From Octopus bimaculoides (taxonomy: Eukaryota), in assembly GCF_001194135.2 (NCBI RefSeq), contig NC_069004.1, positions 19,777,751 through 19,841,750 of the forward strand: 64,000 bases of DNA, given 5' to 3'. This document shows positions 27,868-38,210 of this stretch, one piece after another; the stretch's first letter is position 1, and every line of letters begins with the position of its first letter. Both the position numbers and the translations under genes were made by a program. The notes beneath the pieces are model-generated. The model did not search any database, had not been told where the DNA came from, and worked only from the letters and a program-made list of their open reading frames with translations.

Positions 27868-30800
27868 TCTCTGAGTGGTTGGCGTTAGGAAGGGCATCCA
27901 GCTGTAGAAACTCTGCCAAATTAGATTGGAGCCTGGTGTTGCCATCCGGTTTCACCAGTCCTCAGTCAAATCGTCCAACCCATGCTAGCATGGAAAGCGG
28001 ACGTTAAACGACGATGATGATGATGATGATGATATATATATTTGACTACAGCCATGCTGGAGTACAGCCTTAAGGGTTTTTAGTTGAAGAAATCAACCCT
28101 GGAACTTATTCTATCATTATCTTTTGCCGAACTACTAAGTTACAGGGACATAAATACACTAAAATTGGTTGTCAAGCGATAGTGAGGGCAGACACACATG
28201 CACATAAATATATACATATCTCTTGTGCGGGTGGCACATAAGATGTACCATCCTGAGCGTGACCGTTGCCAGTACCGCCTGACTGGCCTTGTAGCGTTTT
28301 CGATCGAGATCGTTGCCAGTGCCCCTGGACTGGCTCTTGTGCGGGTGGTCGTTTTCGTGCGGGTGACACGTAAAAGCACCCACTACACTCTCTGAGTGGT
28401 TGGCGTTAGGAAGGGCATCCAGCTGTAGAAACTCTGCCAAATTAGATTGGAGCCTGGTGTTNNNNNNNNNNNNNNNNNNNNNNNNNNNNNNNNNNNNNNN
28501 NNNNNNNNNNNNNNNNNNNNNNNNNNNNNNNNNNNNNNNNNNNNNNNNNNNNNNNNNNNNNNNNNNNNNNNNNNNNNNNNNNNNNNNNNNNNNNNNNNNN
28601 NNNNNNNNNNNNNNNNNNNNNNNNNNNNNNNNNNNNNNNNNNNNNNNNNNNNNNNNNNNNNNNNNNNNNNNNNNNNNNNNNNNNNNNNNNNNNNNNNNNN
28701 NNNNNNNNNNNNNNNNNNNNNNNNNNNNNNNNNNNNNNNNNNNNNNNNNNNNNNNNNNNNNNNNNNNNNNNNNNNNNNNNNNNNNNNNNNNNNNNNNNNN
28801 NNNNNNNNNNNNNNNNNNNNNNNNNNNNNNNNNNNNNNNNNNNNNNNNNNNNNNNNNNNNNNNNNNNNNNNNNNNNNNNNNNNNNNNNNNNNNNNNNNNN
28901 NNNNNNNNNNNNNNNNNNNNNNNNNNNNNNNNNNNNNNNNNNNNNNNNNNNNNNNNNNNNNNNNNNNNNNNNNNNNNNNNNNNNNNNNNNNNNNNNNNNN
29001 NNNNNNNNNNNNNNNNNNNNNNNNNNNNNNNNNNNNNNNNNNNNNNNNNNNNNNNNNNNNNNNNNNNNNNNNNNNNNNNNNNNNNNNNNNNNNNNNNNNN
29101 NNNNNNNNNNNNNNNNNNNNNNNNNNNNNNNNNNNNNNNNNNNNNNNNNNNNNNNNNNNNNNNNNNNNNNNNNNNNNNNNNNNNNNNNNNNNNNNNNNNN
29201 NNNNNNNNNNNNNNNNNNNNNNNNNNNNNNNNNNNNNNNNNNNNNNNNNNNNNNNNNNNNNNNNNNNNNNNNNNNNNNNNNNNNNNNNNNNNNNNNNNNN
29301 NNNNNNNNNNNNNNNNNNNNNNNNNNNNNNNNNNNNNNNNNNNNNNNNNNNNNNNNNNNACATTAAACCATCTTTCTTTCCTTCCCTGAGCATCTGCTAA
29401 TACTTTACATATACCACATCCTCGCATTGTTGCTTTTTTGTGTTTGTTCTTCATTTTTTTTGGGGGGGGGAGTTACTGTACACACACACACACACACACA
29501 TGATAGGTTTCTTTCAGTTTCCATCTACCAAATCCACTCACAAGGCTTTGGTCGGCTTGGGACACTTGCCTAAAGTGCCACACAGTGGGACTGAACCCAG
29601 AACCATGTGGTTGGGAAGCACATGTATACAGAACAGGAAGGGTAAATTTGTATTTTCTTTAGTGAGTACGTGAGTGTCCATATACACTGTTAGTGCACAG
29701 GTACACTATCCCTGACTCTATCTTGTTGCCTCTATTATTAAAATACCTTGATTTGATTGAGCCTAAAAATTTTATTGTACATACATACACGTTATGTTCA
29801 TTTGTTTGTTGTACCAGGGAACCATCTCCCAGTATTTCAATTCGACCAATTGTCCTGTCTGCCACAGTCACACCAAACAGCACTTATGTCCTCAGTGTGC
29901 CGCCGATCCACAATTGGTTGCTGTTTCCCTGAACTCTCAACTTCACAAATTACAGCAGACCCATCACCGTCTCTCTCAAGTAAGTCACATGTTTTAATTA
30001 CCTGTCTCCTTTCTTTCTTCCTTTTTTTTTTGTTCTTTCTACTTGTTTCAGTCCTTAGACTGTGGCCATGCTGGGGCACCCCCTTGAATTTCTAGTCAAA
30101 TGTATAATCTCCAGTACTTATCTTTTTTTTAAAGCCTTGTATTTATTCTATTGGTCTCTTTTGCCAAACCACTAAGTTACAGGGATGTAAACACACCAAC
30201 ACCAGTTGTCAGGTGGTGGTGGGGGACAAATACACACATGCACATACATACACACACACATATATCACAGGTTTCTTTCAGTTTCCATCTACGAAATCCA
30301 CTCACAAGGCTTTGGTCAGCCCAAAGACACTTTCCCAAGGTGCCACACAGTGGGACTGGACCCTGAACCATGTTGTTGGGAAGCAAGCTTCTTACCACAC
30401 AGTCACACCTGTGCCTGCATAAAGATTTAAGCAAAATTTATTTAAGGGGGGTATATATCACAATAGGTTAGTCTTCCTACAGACCAGTGAGTCCTAATCT
30501 TTTCACTACCAAGCCACCCCCTTGTATTTAAATGAATAGTCTGTCAGTTCAAAAGGTTGATTTATTAATAAACTCTATTGATTTGATTATATAATAGAAT
30601 ATATTAAAACAAGGCAGTTATCGTCATCATCATTTAACATCCATTTTCTAAGCTCGTGTAGATCAGGCAAAATTTTTTGAGGCAAATTTTCTATGGTTGG
30701 ATGCCCTTCCTGTTACCAAGCTTCTCTTTGTTTCCCTTGCAAGATAATATTTGCCCATGGCAAAGGCATGTTTTTCACAGAAGACTGAAAACAAGCAGCC

Positions 30801-31912
30801 TTGCTTGTATGGTGATGATGCTTACTTATAACTATTATGTGATGCCTAGACAAAGGTACATATACACACACACTCAATGACTCCTTTCAGTTTCTGTCTA
30901 CCAACTACACTCACAAATTTCTTATTTCTGTATTGCCCACAAGGGGCTAAACATAGAGAGGACAAACAAGGACAGACAAAGGGATTAAGTCGATTACATC
31001 GACCCCAGTGTGAAACTGGTACTTATTTCATTGACCCCGAAAGGATGAAAGGCAAAGTCAACCTCGGCGGAATTTGAACTCAGAATATAACAGCAGACGA
31101 AATACCGCTAACATTTCTGCCAGCTTGCAGTCTTAAGTTACACCCACAAGTTTCTGTCTACCAAATATACTCACCATAGGTGTAGGAGTGGCTGTGTGGT
31201 AAGTAGCTTGCTTACCAACCACATGGTTCCGAGTTCAGTCCCACTGCGTAGCATCTTGGGCAAGTGTCTTCTACTATAGCCTCGGGCCGACCAAAGCCTT
31301 GTGAGTGGATTTGGTAGATGGAAACTGAAAGAAGCCCGTCGTATATATGTATATATATATATGTGTGTGTGTGTGTTTCTGTGTTTGTGCCCCTAGCATT
31401 GCTTGACAACCGATGCTGGTGCGTTTACATCCCCATCACTTAGCAGTTCGGCAAAAGAAACCAATAGAATAAGTACTAAGCTTACAAAGAATAAGTCCCG
31501 GGGTTGATTTGCTCGGCTAAAGGCGGTGCTCCAGCATGGCCGCAGTCAAATGACTGAAACAAGTAAAAGAGTAAAGAGTGCAAGTAGTGGGACAGAACCC
31601 AAGACAACATGGTTTGGAAGCAAACTTCTTAACCACACAGCCATGTACCAAGCAGTGGGATTGAACCCTGAAATCACACAGCCACTGCTAACAATACCAT
31701 TTATTTATCTTTATCTGAGTACATGTATCTAAGAATACTAAAAGAGATTTTTTATTTTCTTTTATTTCCAGATATGCCAGTCTTGTCAGGGACTCTCAGA
31801 TTCAAAATTTTCCTGCATCTCCCTTGATTGTCCCATCATGTATCGAGTCCGCTCTGCCCAAAACGACCTCCACAAACTTGACAACATTCAAGAAATATTG
31901 AACAACCTATAG
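2452..31912 (+). CDS. REV3L: DNA polymerase zeta catalytic subunit, 3' part of a multi-exon gene (5' end upstream of window): join(2452-2750,3502-3617,[missing exon],7573-7691,9041-9182,10797-11047,13345-13402,14490-14569,16578-16644,18111-18218,19176-19285,21397-21511,22233-22370,23919-24109,25559-25850,29818-29979,31772-31912)
   Basis: All exons are AG/GT bounded with compatible phases, except the 3617/7573 junction. The spliced protein carries the B-family polymerase motifs DFQSLYPS, KLIANVTYGY and YGDTDS, the pol zeta-typical SRGSQYRVES, and the C-terminal CysA/CysB motifs. Confidence 0.97.
3502..3617 (+). CDS. REV3L: REV3L exon
   Basis: ttgcag|T TGG GAT...CCA A|gtaatt. WDPDMLIGYEVTTLSWGYLLQRAAYLNIELASKISRIP. 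Not in the supplied ORF track. Confidence 0.93.
3929..4466 (+). mobile_element. SINE with RTE-like (GAT)n tail and internal short tandem duplications
   Basis: Ends ...GGAAAGCGGACGTTAAACGATGATGATG; multi-copy in this window. Confidence 0.85.
4640..4745. repeat. ~10-bp degenerate minisatellite (AAACTGTATA)n
   Basis: Repeated aactgtat units are directly visible. Confidence 0.75.
4795..5092 (+). mobile_element. tRNA-derived SINE (third family), cut by gap
   Basis: A-box TGGCCCAGTGG at 4805-15 and B-box GTTTCGATTCC at 4849-59. The body is shared with copies at ~11800-12110, 12318-12650, 17455-17745 (-), 20258-20590 and 24500-24635. Confidence 0.8.
6524..6672. repeat. Near-perfect long inverted repeat (hairpin)
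   Basis: Arms 6524-6587 and 6608-6672 are complementary except for one extra A. Confidence 0.95.
7573..7691 (+). CDS. REV3L: REV3L exon
   Basis: tgacag|GTC...CAT AG|gtttgt. VTLNIYTFENVYFHVLHQRIPHYSNKSLTTWFNHQTDLH. Confidence 0.93.
7765..8160 (-). mobile_element. tRNA-derived SINE with central microsatellite (most abundant family here)
   Basis: Reverse complement of the 31179-31578 family. Confidence 0.8.
9041..9182 (+). CDS. REV3L: REV3L exon
   Basis: caacag|A TGG...TCT CAG|gtaagg. WRVLNYYIIRSKGNTSLIESLDLISKTSEMARVFGIEFYHVLSRGSQ. Confidence 0.95.
9385..9770 (+). mobile_element. tRNA-derived SINE with central microsatellite
   Basis: TGGCTGTGTGG A-box head and TGACTGAAACAAGTAAAAGA tail. Other copies at 10372-10727, 16195-16555 (-), 19640-20020, 22715-23085 and 30035-30420 (-). 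Confidence 0.8.
10797..11047 (+). CDS. REV3L: REV3L exon with polymerase motif DFQSLYPS
   Basis: ttgcag|TAC...GCT CA|gtaagt. YRVESMMLRIAKP...VLDFQSLYPSIMIAYNYCFSTCLG. Confidence 0.96.
11105..11643. mobile_element. hAT-type MITE containing a retrotransposon endonuclease fragment
   Basis: TIRs TAATGGTTCTCAACC / GGTTGAGAACTACTG; 8-bp TSD ATCTAAAC (11097-104) / ATCTAACC (11644-51). Confidence 0.8.
11233..11530 (+). pseudogene. Restriction-like endonuclease (REL) fragment of a Hero/R2-superfamily LINE
   Basis: WEVTADL...KLDILMW...LVELMVPHEDNMDAARARK..Y...C...GW....PIDVGCRRF, the PD..ExxxPW-type REL pattern; same family type as 61130-62752. Confidence 0.75.
11652..12288. mobile_element. Second hAT-type MITE of the same family, carrying a SINE insertion (~11800-12110)
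   Basis: Termini CAAGGGTTCTCAACC / GGTTGAGAACCAGTA; its first ~100 bp resemble 11105-11200. Confidence 0.7.
13345..13402 (+). CDS. REV3L: REV3L small exon
   Basis: ttttag|T GAA...ATC AAG|gtaggt. EGPIKFGCTQLKIPPDLIK; phases fit both neighbours. Confidence 0.9.
13575..13818. mobile_element. Tc1/mariner-type MITE
   Basis: TA|CAGGGTG...AGACCCTG|TA, with degenerate TIRs and a TA TSD. Confidence 0.7.
14490..14569 (+). CDS. REV3L: REV3L small exon
   Basis: atttag|AAA...TCA AG|gtattt. KLEKDVTISPNGIVFVKEHIRKGIIS. Confidence 0.92.
16578..16644 (+). CDS. REV3L: REV3L small exon
   Basis: ttctag|G ATG...GAC AAA|gtaagt. MVEEILNTRLMVKKSMKNCDDK. Confidence 0.92.
16991..17285. mobile_element. hAT-type MITE inserted in a SINE
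   Basis: TIRs CAGTGCTTCTCAAA / TTTGAGTAGCACTG; perfect 8-bp TSD GGTTAGAC at 16983-90 and 17286-93. Confidence 0.9.
18111..18218 (+). CDS. REV3L: REV3L exon with motif KLIANVTYGY
   Basis: ctacag|AAT...ATC GAA|gtaagt. NLLKLLHARQLGLKLIANVTYGYTGANFSGRMPCIE. Confidence 0.96.
18863..19026. mobile_element. Short MITE, probably hAT-type
   Basis: TIR GGGCCATCTTAA / TTAAGATGGCCC; degenerate 8-bp flanks CCTTGGCT / CCTCAGCT. Confidence 0.6.
19176..19285 (+). CDS. REV3L: REV3L exon with catalytic YGDTD
   Basis: acacag|GTG...GAC AG|gtaagt. VGDSIVRKARETLEKAIKLIEDTPSWGAKVIYGDTD. Confidence 0.96.
21397..21511 (+). CDS. REV3L: REV3L exon
   Basis: tttcag|T ATC...GAG AAG|gtaagt. IFIQLKGYSKEGAIILGQHIAQVVTENNPKPVKLKFEK. 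Confidence 0.94.
22233..22370 (+). CDS. REV3L: REV3L exon
   Basis: tctcag|GTG...AGT AAG|gtaatt. VYLPCVLQTKKRYSGFMYES...FDAKGIETVRRDGCSAASK. Confidence 0.96.
23919..24109 (+). CDS. REV3L: REV3L exon
   Basis: tttcag|ATT...GCA AA|gtaagt. ILERSLKILF...FAKEYRGMNTYRPGACVPALEIA. Confidence 0.96.
25559..25850 (+). CDS. REV3L: REV3L exon
   Basis: caacag|G AAA...AAA AAG|gtattg. KLIQHDHRAEPQSGERVPYIIVCGEPG...YYITKAILPPLQRIFSLLG. Confidence 0.95.
27067..27482 (-). mobile_element. Full-length tRNA-derived SINE with central (TA)n
   Basis: Near-complete reverse complement of 31179-31578. Confidence 0.88.
27512..27741. mobile_element. Diverged fold-back/MITE
   Basis: Arms 27512-27575 and 27680-27741 are largely complementary. 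Confidence 0.65.
29818..29979 (+). CDS. REV3L: REV3L exon, CysA metal-binding motif
   Basis: taccag|GGA...TCT CAA|gtaagt. GTISQYFNSTNCPVCHSHTKQHLCPQC. Confidence 0.95.
31179..31578 (+). mobile_element. Full-length tRNA-derived SINE with central microsatellite
   Basis: A-box TGGCTGTGTGG at 31189-99, B-box-like GTTCAGTCC at 31233-41, AAGTAAAAGAGTAAAGAG tail. Confidence 0.88.
31772..31912 (+). CDS. REV3L: REV3L last coding exon, CysB motif and stop
   Basis: ttccag|ATA...CTA TAG. ICQSCQGLSDSKFSCISLDCPIMYRVRSAQNDLHKLDNIQEILNNL*. Confidence 0.94.
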   Translation: MCQSCQGLSDSKFSCISLDCPIMYRVRSAQNDLHKLDNIQEILNNL

Positions 31913-32474
31913 CACATTCTATTTCACTGCTAGTTTTATTTTACATTGCAATGTCCATCTAATAACTACATCAGATCCACAACAAACTGAACAAAATGTT
32001 AACTCATTTCAATGAATTCTTCTTATTTAGCTTTTTGCTTGTTTCTTGTTCATAAGTCTAATATAAACTACACCATTAATGTCTTTACAACATATCTTTT
32101 TGTTTATCATCATCAGCCATTCGATATATATATATATATAAATATATATAATAGAATATTTTTAATATGTTTTCTATAGCTGTTGAAGCAATTCGCAATC
32201 TTAATTCTTCCAATAAATGTTTATACACTTTTTAAAATTTACTTCAGTCAAAAGTCTATATGTTCAAATATCTCTTTCAGATAGTATGTATCTATGTGTG
32301 TATGTATATATAGTGTATTTATGTATATATATATACACACATACACTGACATATATTAAAACCCTGACAATGTTCATGTGCTTTCTGAAACTAATGTTAA
32401 TGTATAAATACATTTGTAATATATAAGTCATCAGACTTGCTTTAAACATTTGCTTTGTTATTAATTAAATTTTG

Positions 32475-32480
32475 AATAAA
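32475..32480 (+). terminator. Candidate REV3L polyadenylation signal
   Basis: AATAAA about 560 nt after the stop. Another AATAAA lies at 32212-32217; the two cannot be distinguished without transcript data. Confidence 0.3.
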
Positions 32481-32799
32481 ATGGATTTGAATATAGAAGG
32501 AAAAAAAAAAAGCACATCATTTTTTTTTAACCTTAGGAGGCATTGTGATTGTTAATCAGGTAATTATTAAATGGTTTAGCAACAAATGAAGTGTTGGTTA
32601 TTTCAATTATCTTTTACTTGTTTCAGTCATTAAACTACAGCCATACTGGGGCACCACCTTGAAGGGTTTAGTCAAACAAATCAACCCCAGACAACACTTN
32701 NNNNNNNNNNNNNNNNNNNNNNNNNNNNNNNNNNNNNNNNNNNNNNNNNNNNNNNNNNNNNNNNNNNNNNNNNNNNNNNNNNNNNNNNNNNNNNNNNNN

Positions 32800-33610
32800 G
32801 AAAATGAATATTTTGTAGTGTGTAAACAAATTCGGTTATTTTCATATCGCTTATTTAAAAGATTCTTTGTAGCCGTTAGGATTTTGAGGCGTTCAGTTAG
32901 ACAGAGGTCACATCTGTTAGTTGGGTTATAAGCATTTGCTGCTTTTAGTATATGCCATTTTAGTTTATATTCTATCTTATTCCCAGATATAGCTACTAAG
33001 TCCTGTTGAATTTGCCTTTTTTCTATTTTTAAAGCTAGATTGGTGCTCATTGTATCTGAGGCATATTTGGTTTTTCGTGGCGCCAATGTAAGATCTAATA
33101 TGGCCGTTTGTGTGTACGTCGCATTGATAAGCTACATTTTTGGTCTTACATCTATTGGAGAAATTACATTTATTCCTATCTCTACAGTTACATAAATTAT
33201 AAGGGGTGTCTGTGTCTGTGTGTTGTTGTGTGACCCTGTTGTTTTTTGGGTGTGTGTCTCTCCTAACAGGGGGTGTTGGATTAGGGTTGGGGTTTGTTCT
33301 ATTAGTTGGACGGTTGTTAGTTTGGTTGTTTGTGGTCTTTCTAGCTGTATAGAATGCGTCCATTTTTTATTATTAATAGATGCTATGATGGTAGCTAAGT
33401 GACATGTCAGGCTGTGGCCTATTCTGATTTTGTTCTTAAATATTCCTGCGTATTTATTATTTACATTTAGATGCTTATCTATTATGTTCATTAATGAACG
33501 GACTATGTTAGATTTGAGGTTCATGGTGTAGGGAATAATTAGCCAGATCATATCTCGATTGTTCTTATTGTTATTACGGCTATGTCTGGTATAGAACCTG
33601 CCATCATAGC
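32800..33610 (-). mobile_element. Penelope-like element 3' relic (RT-to-GIY-YIG region), frameshifted
   Basis: Three overlapping minus-strand ORFs: MIWLIIPY...IIDKHL (linker); CNCRDRNKC...VAYQC...SYIGATKN...RYNEHQSSF (GIY-YIG); KWHILKAANAYNPTNRCDLCLTE...LLNKR...CLH. Confidence 0.88.
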
Positions 33611-33883
33611 TGGGAAGGCTAGTGAATTTGTCTTTATGGCTATCTAATTTATTTCAATATATATATATATATATATATGAGCAACACACACATACACACA
33701 CGTACGTACACCAATTGCATACATATTTTTGTACACATACATGTTCGTATGTGTGTGTGTGTGTTGCCCGTATATCAACAAAACACTTTTTTCCTCGATG
33801 GAAAAAAAATAAACAAAAGTCTTAAAATTCCCTTACACACACACACACACATCTTGTCAATATATATATACATATATACGGAT

Positions 33884-34409
33884 AAATGATTTAAAATAGA
33901 TATATTTTGGAAATGGCGATTTACGGTACAATCCCTAGAAACGTGAAAATCAGACCACATGGGTTTGTTTGCATCAATTCGGCAGTTTCCGTAAAAAGTG
34001 TTGGGTTAGGAAAGTGGGAAAGAATGCGAAAGAGATAGAGAGAGCGCGCTCTCCCTCTCTATCTCTCTCCCTGTCTATCTCTCTCCCTCCCTTACACACA
34101 TGCCAGTTATCTCTCACCTTCTCTCTCTCCCTCCCTTGCACACATGCCAGTTATCTCTCACCTTCTCTCTCTCTCCCTCCCTTACACACATGCCAGTTAT
34201 CTCTCTTTATTTCTTTCTCTCTCTCCCTGTCTCACACATACAGCAACATTACACACACACATACAGCAACATTACACACACACATACATGCCGCTCTCTC
34301 ACACTAACAAAAGAACTTCACATACACACCACACTTTCTGTCTTGCATACTCACTATAAAAAGATAGCGTCTATTTCTTTTTGGCAACATGTTTTGTGTG
34401 TAATGTTGC

Positions 34410-34440
<31 letters not shown>

Positions 34441-34888
34441 AAGAAAGAAAGAGAGATTACTGGCATGTGTGTGTAAGGGAGGGAGAGAGAGAGAAGGTAT
34501 TTTTTCTTTTTACTTGTTGTTTGCTGCGTTTTTTTCTTTTTGTTTGTTGTTTGTTGCTTACCACAGAATTGTTAAGAAATCGCGCCCTCTCCCACTTTTT
34601 TACTTTTTTTTTGTTAGATGCTGGCATCTCTCCCTCGCCCTCCCTCTCACAAACATACAATTTCTCTCTCTCTCCTTCAGGCGCAAACTTCGAAATTGGT
34701 AAAAGTTATGGTTGAAAATCGATTTTTACAACTATAGGCGGGTACCTCTGAGAGAAAAAGTTGACGAAAATGCAGATAGGGTCATGACAAATGTTCTCCT
34801 AAAATTGGAGCAACATGCGTGCTAATTTGTGGACGTGCATAAATTATATTCACACACACACACACCTCGGCTTTTATCTATATACGGA
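33884..34888 (-). mobile_element. Probable non-autonomous Helitron-type element (5' end clear, 3' end not found)
   Basis: Minus strand A|TCCGTATATAGATAAAAGCCGAGGTGTGTG resembles the 5' end at 50200; no convincing CTAG/hairpin terminus was located. Confidence 0.4.
34080..34210. repeat. Three tandem ~38-40 bp units (CTCCCTCCCTTACACACATGCCAGTTATCTCTC)
   Basis: Directly visible; one inverted copy at ~34450-34499. Confidence 0.85.
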
Positions 34889-35800
34889 TGAATTTTAGAA
34901 CTACTCAGTAATAAGTATAGCAAATTGGTTTTGTTTGAGGCATAAATTTTGTTCACCTAAAGCTTAATATATACACACATGTACACTTACACATATAAAT
35001 GTGTTCATATTTGTATGTATGTATGTTTATAACATGGACACTGAAAAAGAGACTTGTAAAAAAGCTTGTCAGTACATAAACAAGAATGTTTCATGCAGTT
35101 CTCAGTTGTTCTTAACAGCAATACCCTACAAAGCAGCAACTGTATGGCAATCTTCCTACCACCACCTCAGTAATCAGGGAAAGAACACATTATTCAGGTA
35201 CTGCTGGAGGAGCAAGGATGAAATATCCAGCAATCTCCTGGATATAGTCCTGGGACAACTTGTGAATGAATTTGGAAGATGAAAACTGTGTGGAAGCTTG
35301 TTGTATGTGTGTATATAGCCAACACAGTTTTTATCTTCCAAATATACTCGCAAGGCATCGATCATCTTGGGGTTGTAGTACAAGACACTTGCCTAAGGTA
35401 TTGTGCTGTGAGAATGAAACTGAAATCACATCATTGCAAAGTGAACATCTTAACCATATGAGTAAACTAGCTCTTTAACTAAAGAAGCAACACATCACAT
35501 TAACATGTTAGTGGCTGTGTATTCCTTAGATGCATGCACTCTTAATGTAATCAAGTAGAATAAGCCAGTCATGTTGGGTAACAAGGTTAGCTTGTTGAAT
35601 TACAGGCACAATTCATCTAATAGGCTTTTAGCACAGATGTCATCTTACCAATTCCACTCACAAGGCTGGAGTCAACCCTAACCCCACCCATCTCAGGCCA
35701 TATCAAAAGATATTCATGATGCCATACAGTGGGATTAGATCCAGTATCTTGTGACTGTCAAGCAAACTCCTTAATCAATTATGTTGCATCCATGATACCT

Positions 35801-35960
35801 ATTTATACCCTGGTGGATACAGTATAGCAAAGATCTCTACCATTCTGTAGTATCTTGTTTATACCCTGGTAGACACAGTATAGTAGGGATCTCTTTCTGT
35901 AGTACCTGTTTATACCCAGGTGCAGAGGTTGTACCAGAGACCTCTACTTGTCAGTAGTAC
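35801..35960. repeat. Degenerate ~50-55 bp tandem repeat, about 3 copies
   Basis: Recurring TTTATACCCTGGT...CTGTAGTA units. Confidence 0.65.
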
Positions 35961-36519
35961 CCATTTTGTTACTGTTTAAAACTAAATCAGAAGGACAACA
36001 TACATCACCCCTGGTAGGTAGTACATAGAGAGAAACTATGGCCCATGGATTGCTGTGTGATGAAGAACCAGGTTCAAACACTATTAACATGCTGGAACTT
36101 CTCTTAGAGTAAGCAGAGGTCAGGTAATGCTATTAAATTAGGTAGACTGATTAAGTCTACCACTTGAACACAGAAACAATTCCTTTGACAGACTTCCACA
36201 CAGTTTCCATCTCCCTCAGTTTTAGGTCCTTGGGTCAGTCTGAGTGTAGGATGATAGCAGGACTGAACTCAAGATATTACTGCAAAGTTAATTTCTTTAC
36301 TATTTGATCATGCTTGTGACCAGCCTCACACACACGCAACCAATAATACAATTACAAACACACTCATAAAGCCAACAATGTGTACACACACAACCAATAC
36401 TACAACTGTACAAGCCAGGACATCACTGTTGGTGTAGTTGTCATCTAAATAAGAAAAACCAACTCCTGCTGGAGCCTCCAGATACAAGATGTTTGCAATC
36501 TGAAAAATGTAAATAAAGA

Positions 36520-38210
36520 AATAATAATTCTTTCTACTAAAGACCTGAAATTTTGAGGGAGGGAACTAGTTTATTGACCCCAGTGTTTCACTGGTATTTA
36601 ATTCATCAACCCCAAAAAGTATGAAAGACAAAGTCAACCTCAGCAGAATTTGAACTTAGCAATGGGCGAAATACTGCTAAACATTTTTCCTGGTGTGCTA
36701 ATGATTCTGCCAGCTTGCTACCTTAATTATAATAGTAATCCTTTCTACTATAGGCACAAGGCCTGAAATTTTGTGAGGAGGGGGATAATAGTTGATTACA
36801 TTGACCCTATTACTCAACTGGTACTTATTTTATTGACCTTGAAAGGTAAAGTCAACCCTGACAGCATTTGAACTCAAAACATGAAGACAGACGAAATGCT
36901 AACAGTGCTGCCTTCTTAATAATATGAATAATAATTTGTTCTACTAAAAGCACAAGGCCTGAAATTTGGAGGGAGGAGACTAGTTGATTACATCAATCCC
37001 AGTGTTTCACTGGTACTTAATTTATTGACACCGAAAGGATAAAAGGCAAAGCTGATCTCAGTGGAATTTGAACTGAGAACATACCGACTGGTGAAATACT
37101 GCTAAGCATTTCGTTTGGCATGCTAAGGATTCTGCCAGCTGACCACCTTAATAAGAAGAATAATAATCCTTTCTACTAAAAGCACAAGGCCTGAAATTTT
37201 GAGGGAGAGGACCAGTTAATTACATCAACCTCAGCTCATAACTAGTACTTAATTTATTGACCCCAAAAGGATGAGAAGCAAAGTCGACTTCAGCAGAATT
37301 TCAACTCAAAACGTAACAACAGACGAAATACCGCTAAGCATTTCAGCCGGCATCCTAACAGTGGTGCCAGCTTGCTACTTTAAAAAGAGAATAACATCTG
37401 AGAAGGTTATAGCTCAATTGATTAGGAATAGAATTAAACTTGATGAAATGCAGTTTGGTTTTGTACCTGGGAAGAGTACCACAGATGCCATCTTCCTTGT
37501 GAGCTGTAGGAAAAGTACTTGGCCAAAAGTAAGACATTGTACTTAGACTTCGTCAACCTGGAGAAAGCTTTCAACAGAGTTCCCTGCACTGTTATATGGG
37601 AATCTCTAAGGAAATTAGGAGTTGTTAGTGGTGTTGTTAGTAAGGTCAGAGTTGGCTATGAATCCAGTGATGAATTGAATGTACAAGTAGGGGTCCACCA
37701 GGGCTCAGTTCTCAGCCCACTCTTATTCATTATAGTCCTCCAGGCCATAAAAGAGGAATTCAAAACTGGATGACCATGGAAACTGCTATATGCTAATGAC
37801 CTTTCTCTTATTACAGAATTGGAGAGAAAAGTTTGGCATAAGAGGAATCAAATGTAGCATGCAAGAGAGAAGACTATGTTGGTTTGGACATATGTGGTGC
37901 TAAGCATTTCGCGCAGCATGCTAACAATTCTGCTAGCTCGCTGCCTTATTATAATGATAATGCTTTCAAATTTTGACACAAGGTCAGCAATTCCAGGGGA
38001 GGAGGTAAGTTGGTCATATCAACCCCAATACTCAACTGGCACTTCTTTTATTGACCCCTAAAAGATGAAAAGCAAAGTTGACCTTGGCGGAATTTGAACT
38101 CAGAACATGAAGACAGACGTAATGCCACTAAGCATGCAGCCCGGCATCCTAATGATTCTGCCAGCTCATTGCCTTAATAATAATAATAATGATAATAATC
38201 ATAATAATAA
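36520..38210 (-). repeat. Head-to-tail array of ~200-230 bp CORE-like SINE units, interrupted by an RTE fragment
   Basis: Units start near 36520, 36731, 36928 and 37159; the array resumes at 37890-38210; linkers are AAT-rich. Confidence 0.85.
37395..37860 (+). mobile_element. RTE-clade LINE reverse transcriptase fragment
   Basis: LDEMQFGFVPGKSTTDAIF...DFVNLEKAFNRVP...VGVHQGSVLSPLLF...LLYANDL, with frameshifts. Confidence 0.88.

Noticed and set aside
27868-28461. Duplicated SINE 3' part (27868-27941 and 28388-28461)
   Set aside because: A high-copy repeat next to a gap; it cannot be separated from assembly or ordinary insertion effects.
36520-37376. Regularly spaced repeats suggestive of a CRISPR array
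   Set aside because: The units are ~200-bp diverged SINE copies without unique spacers, in a eukaryotic context with no cas genes.
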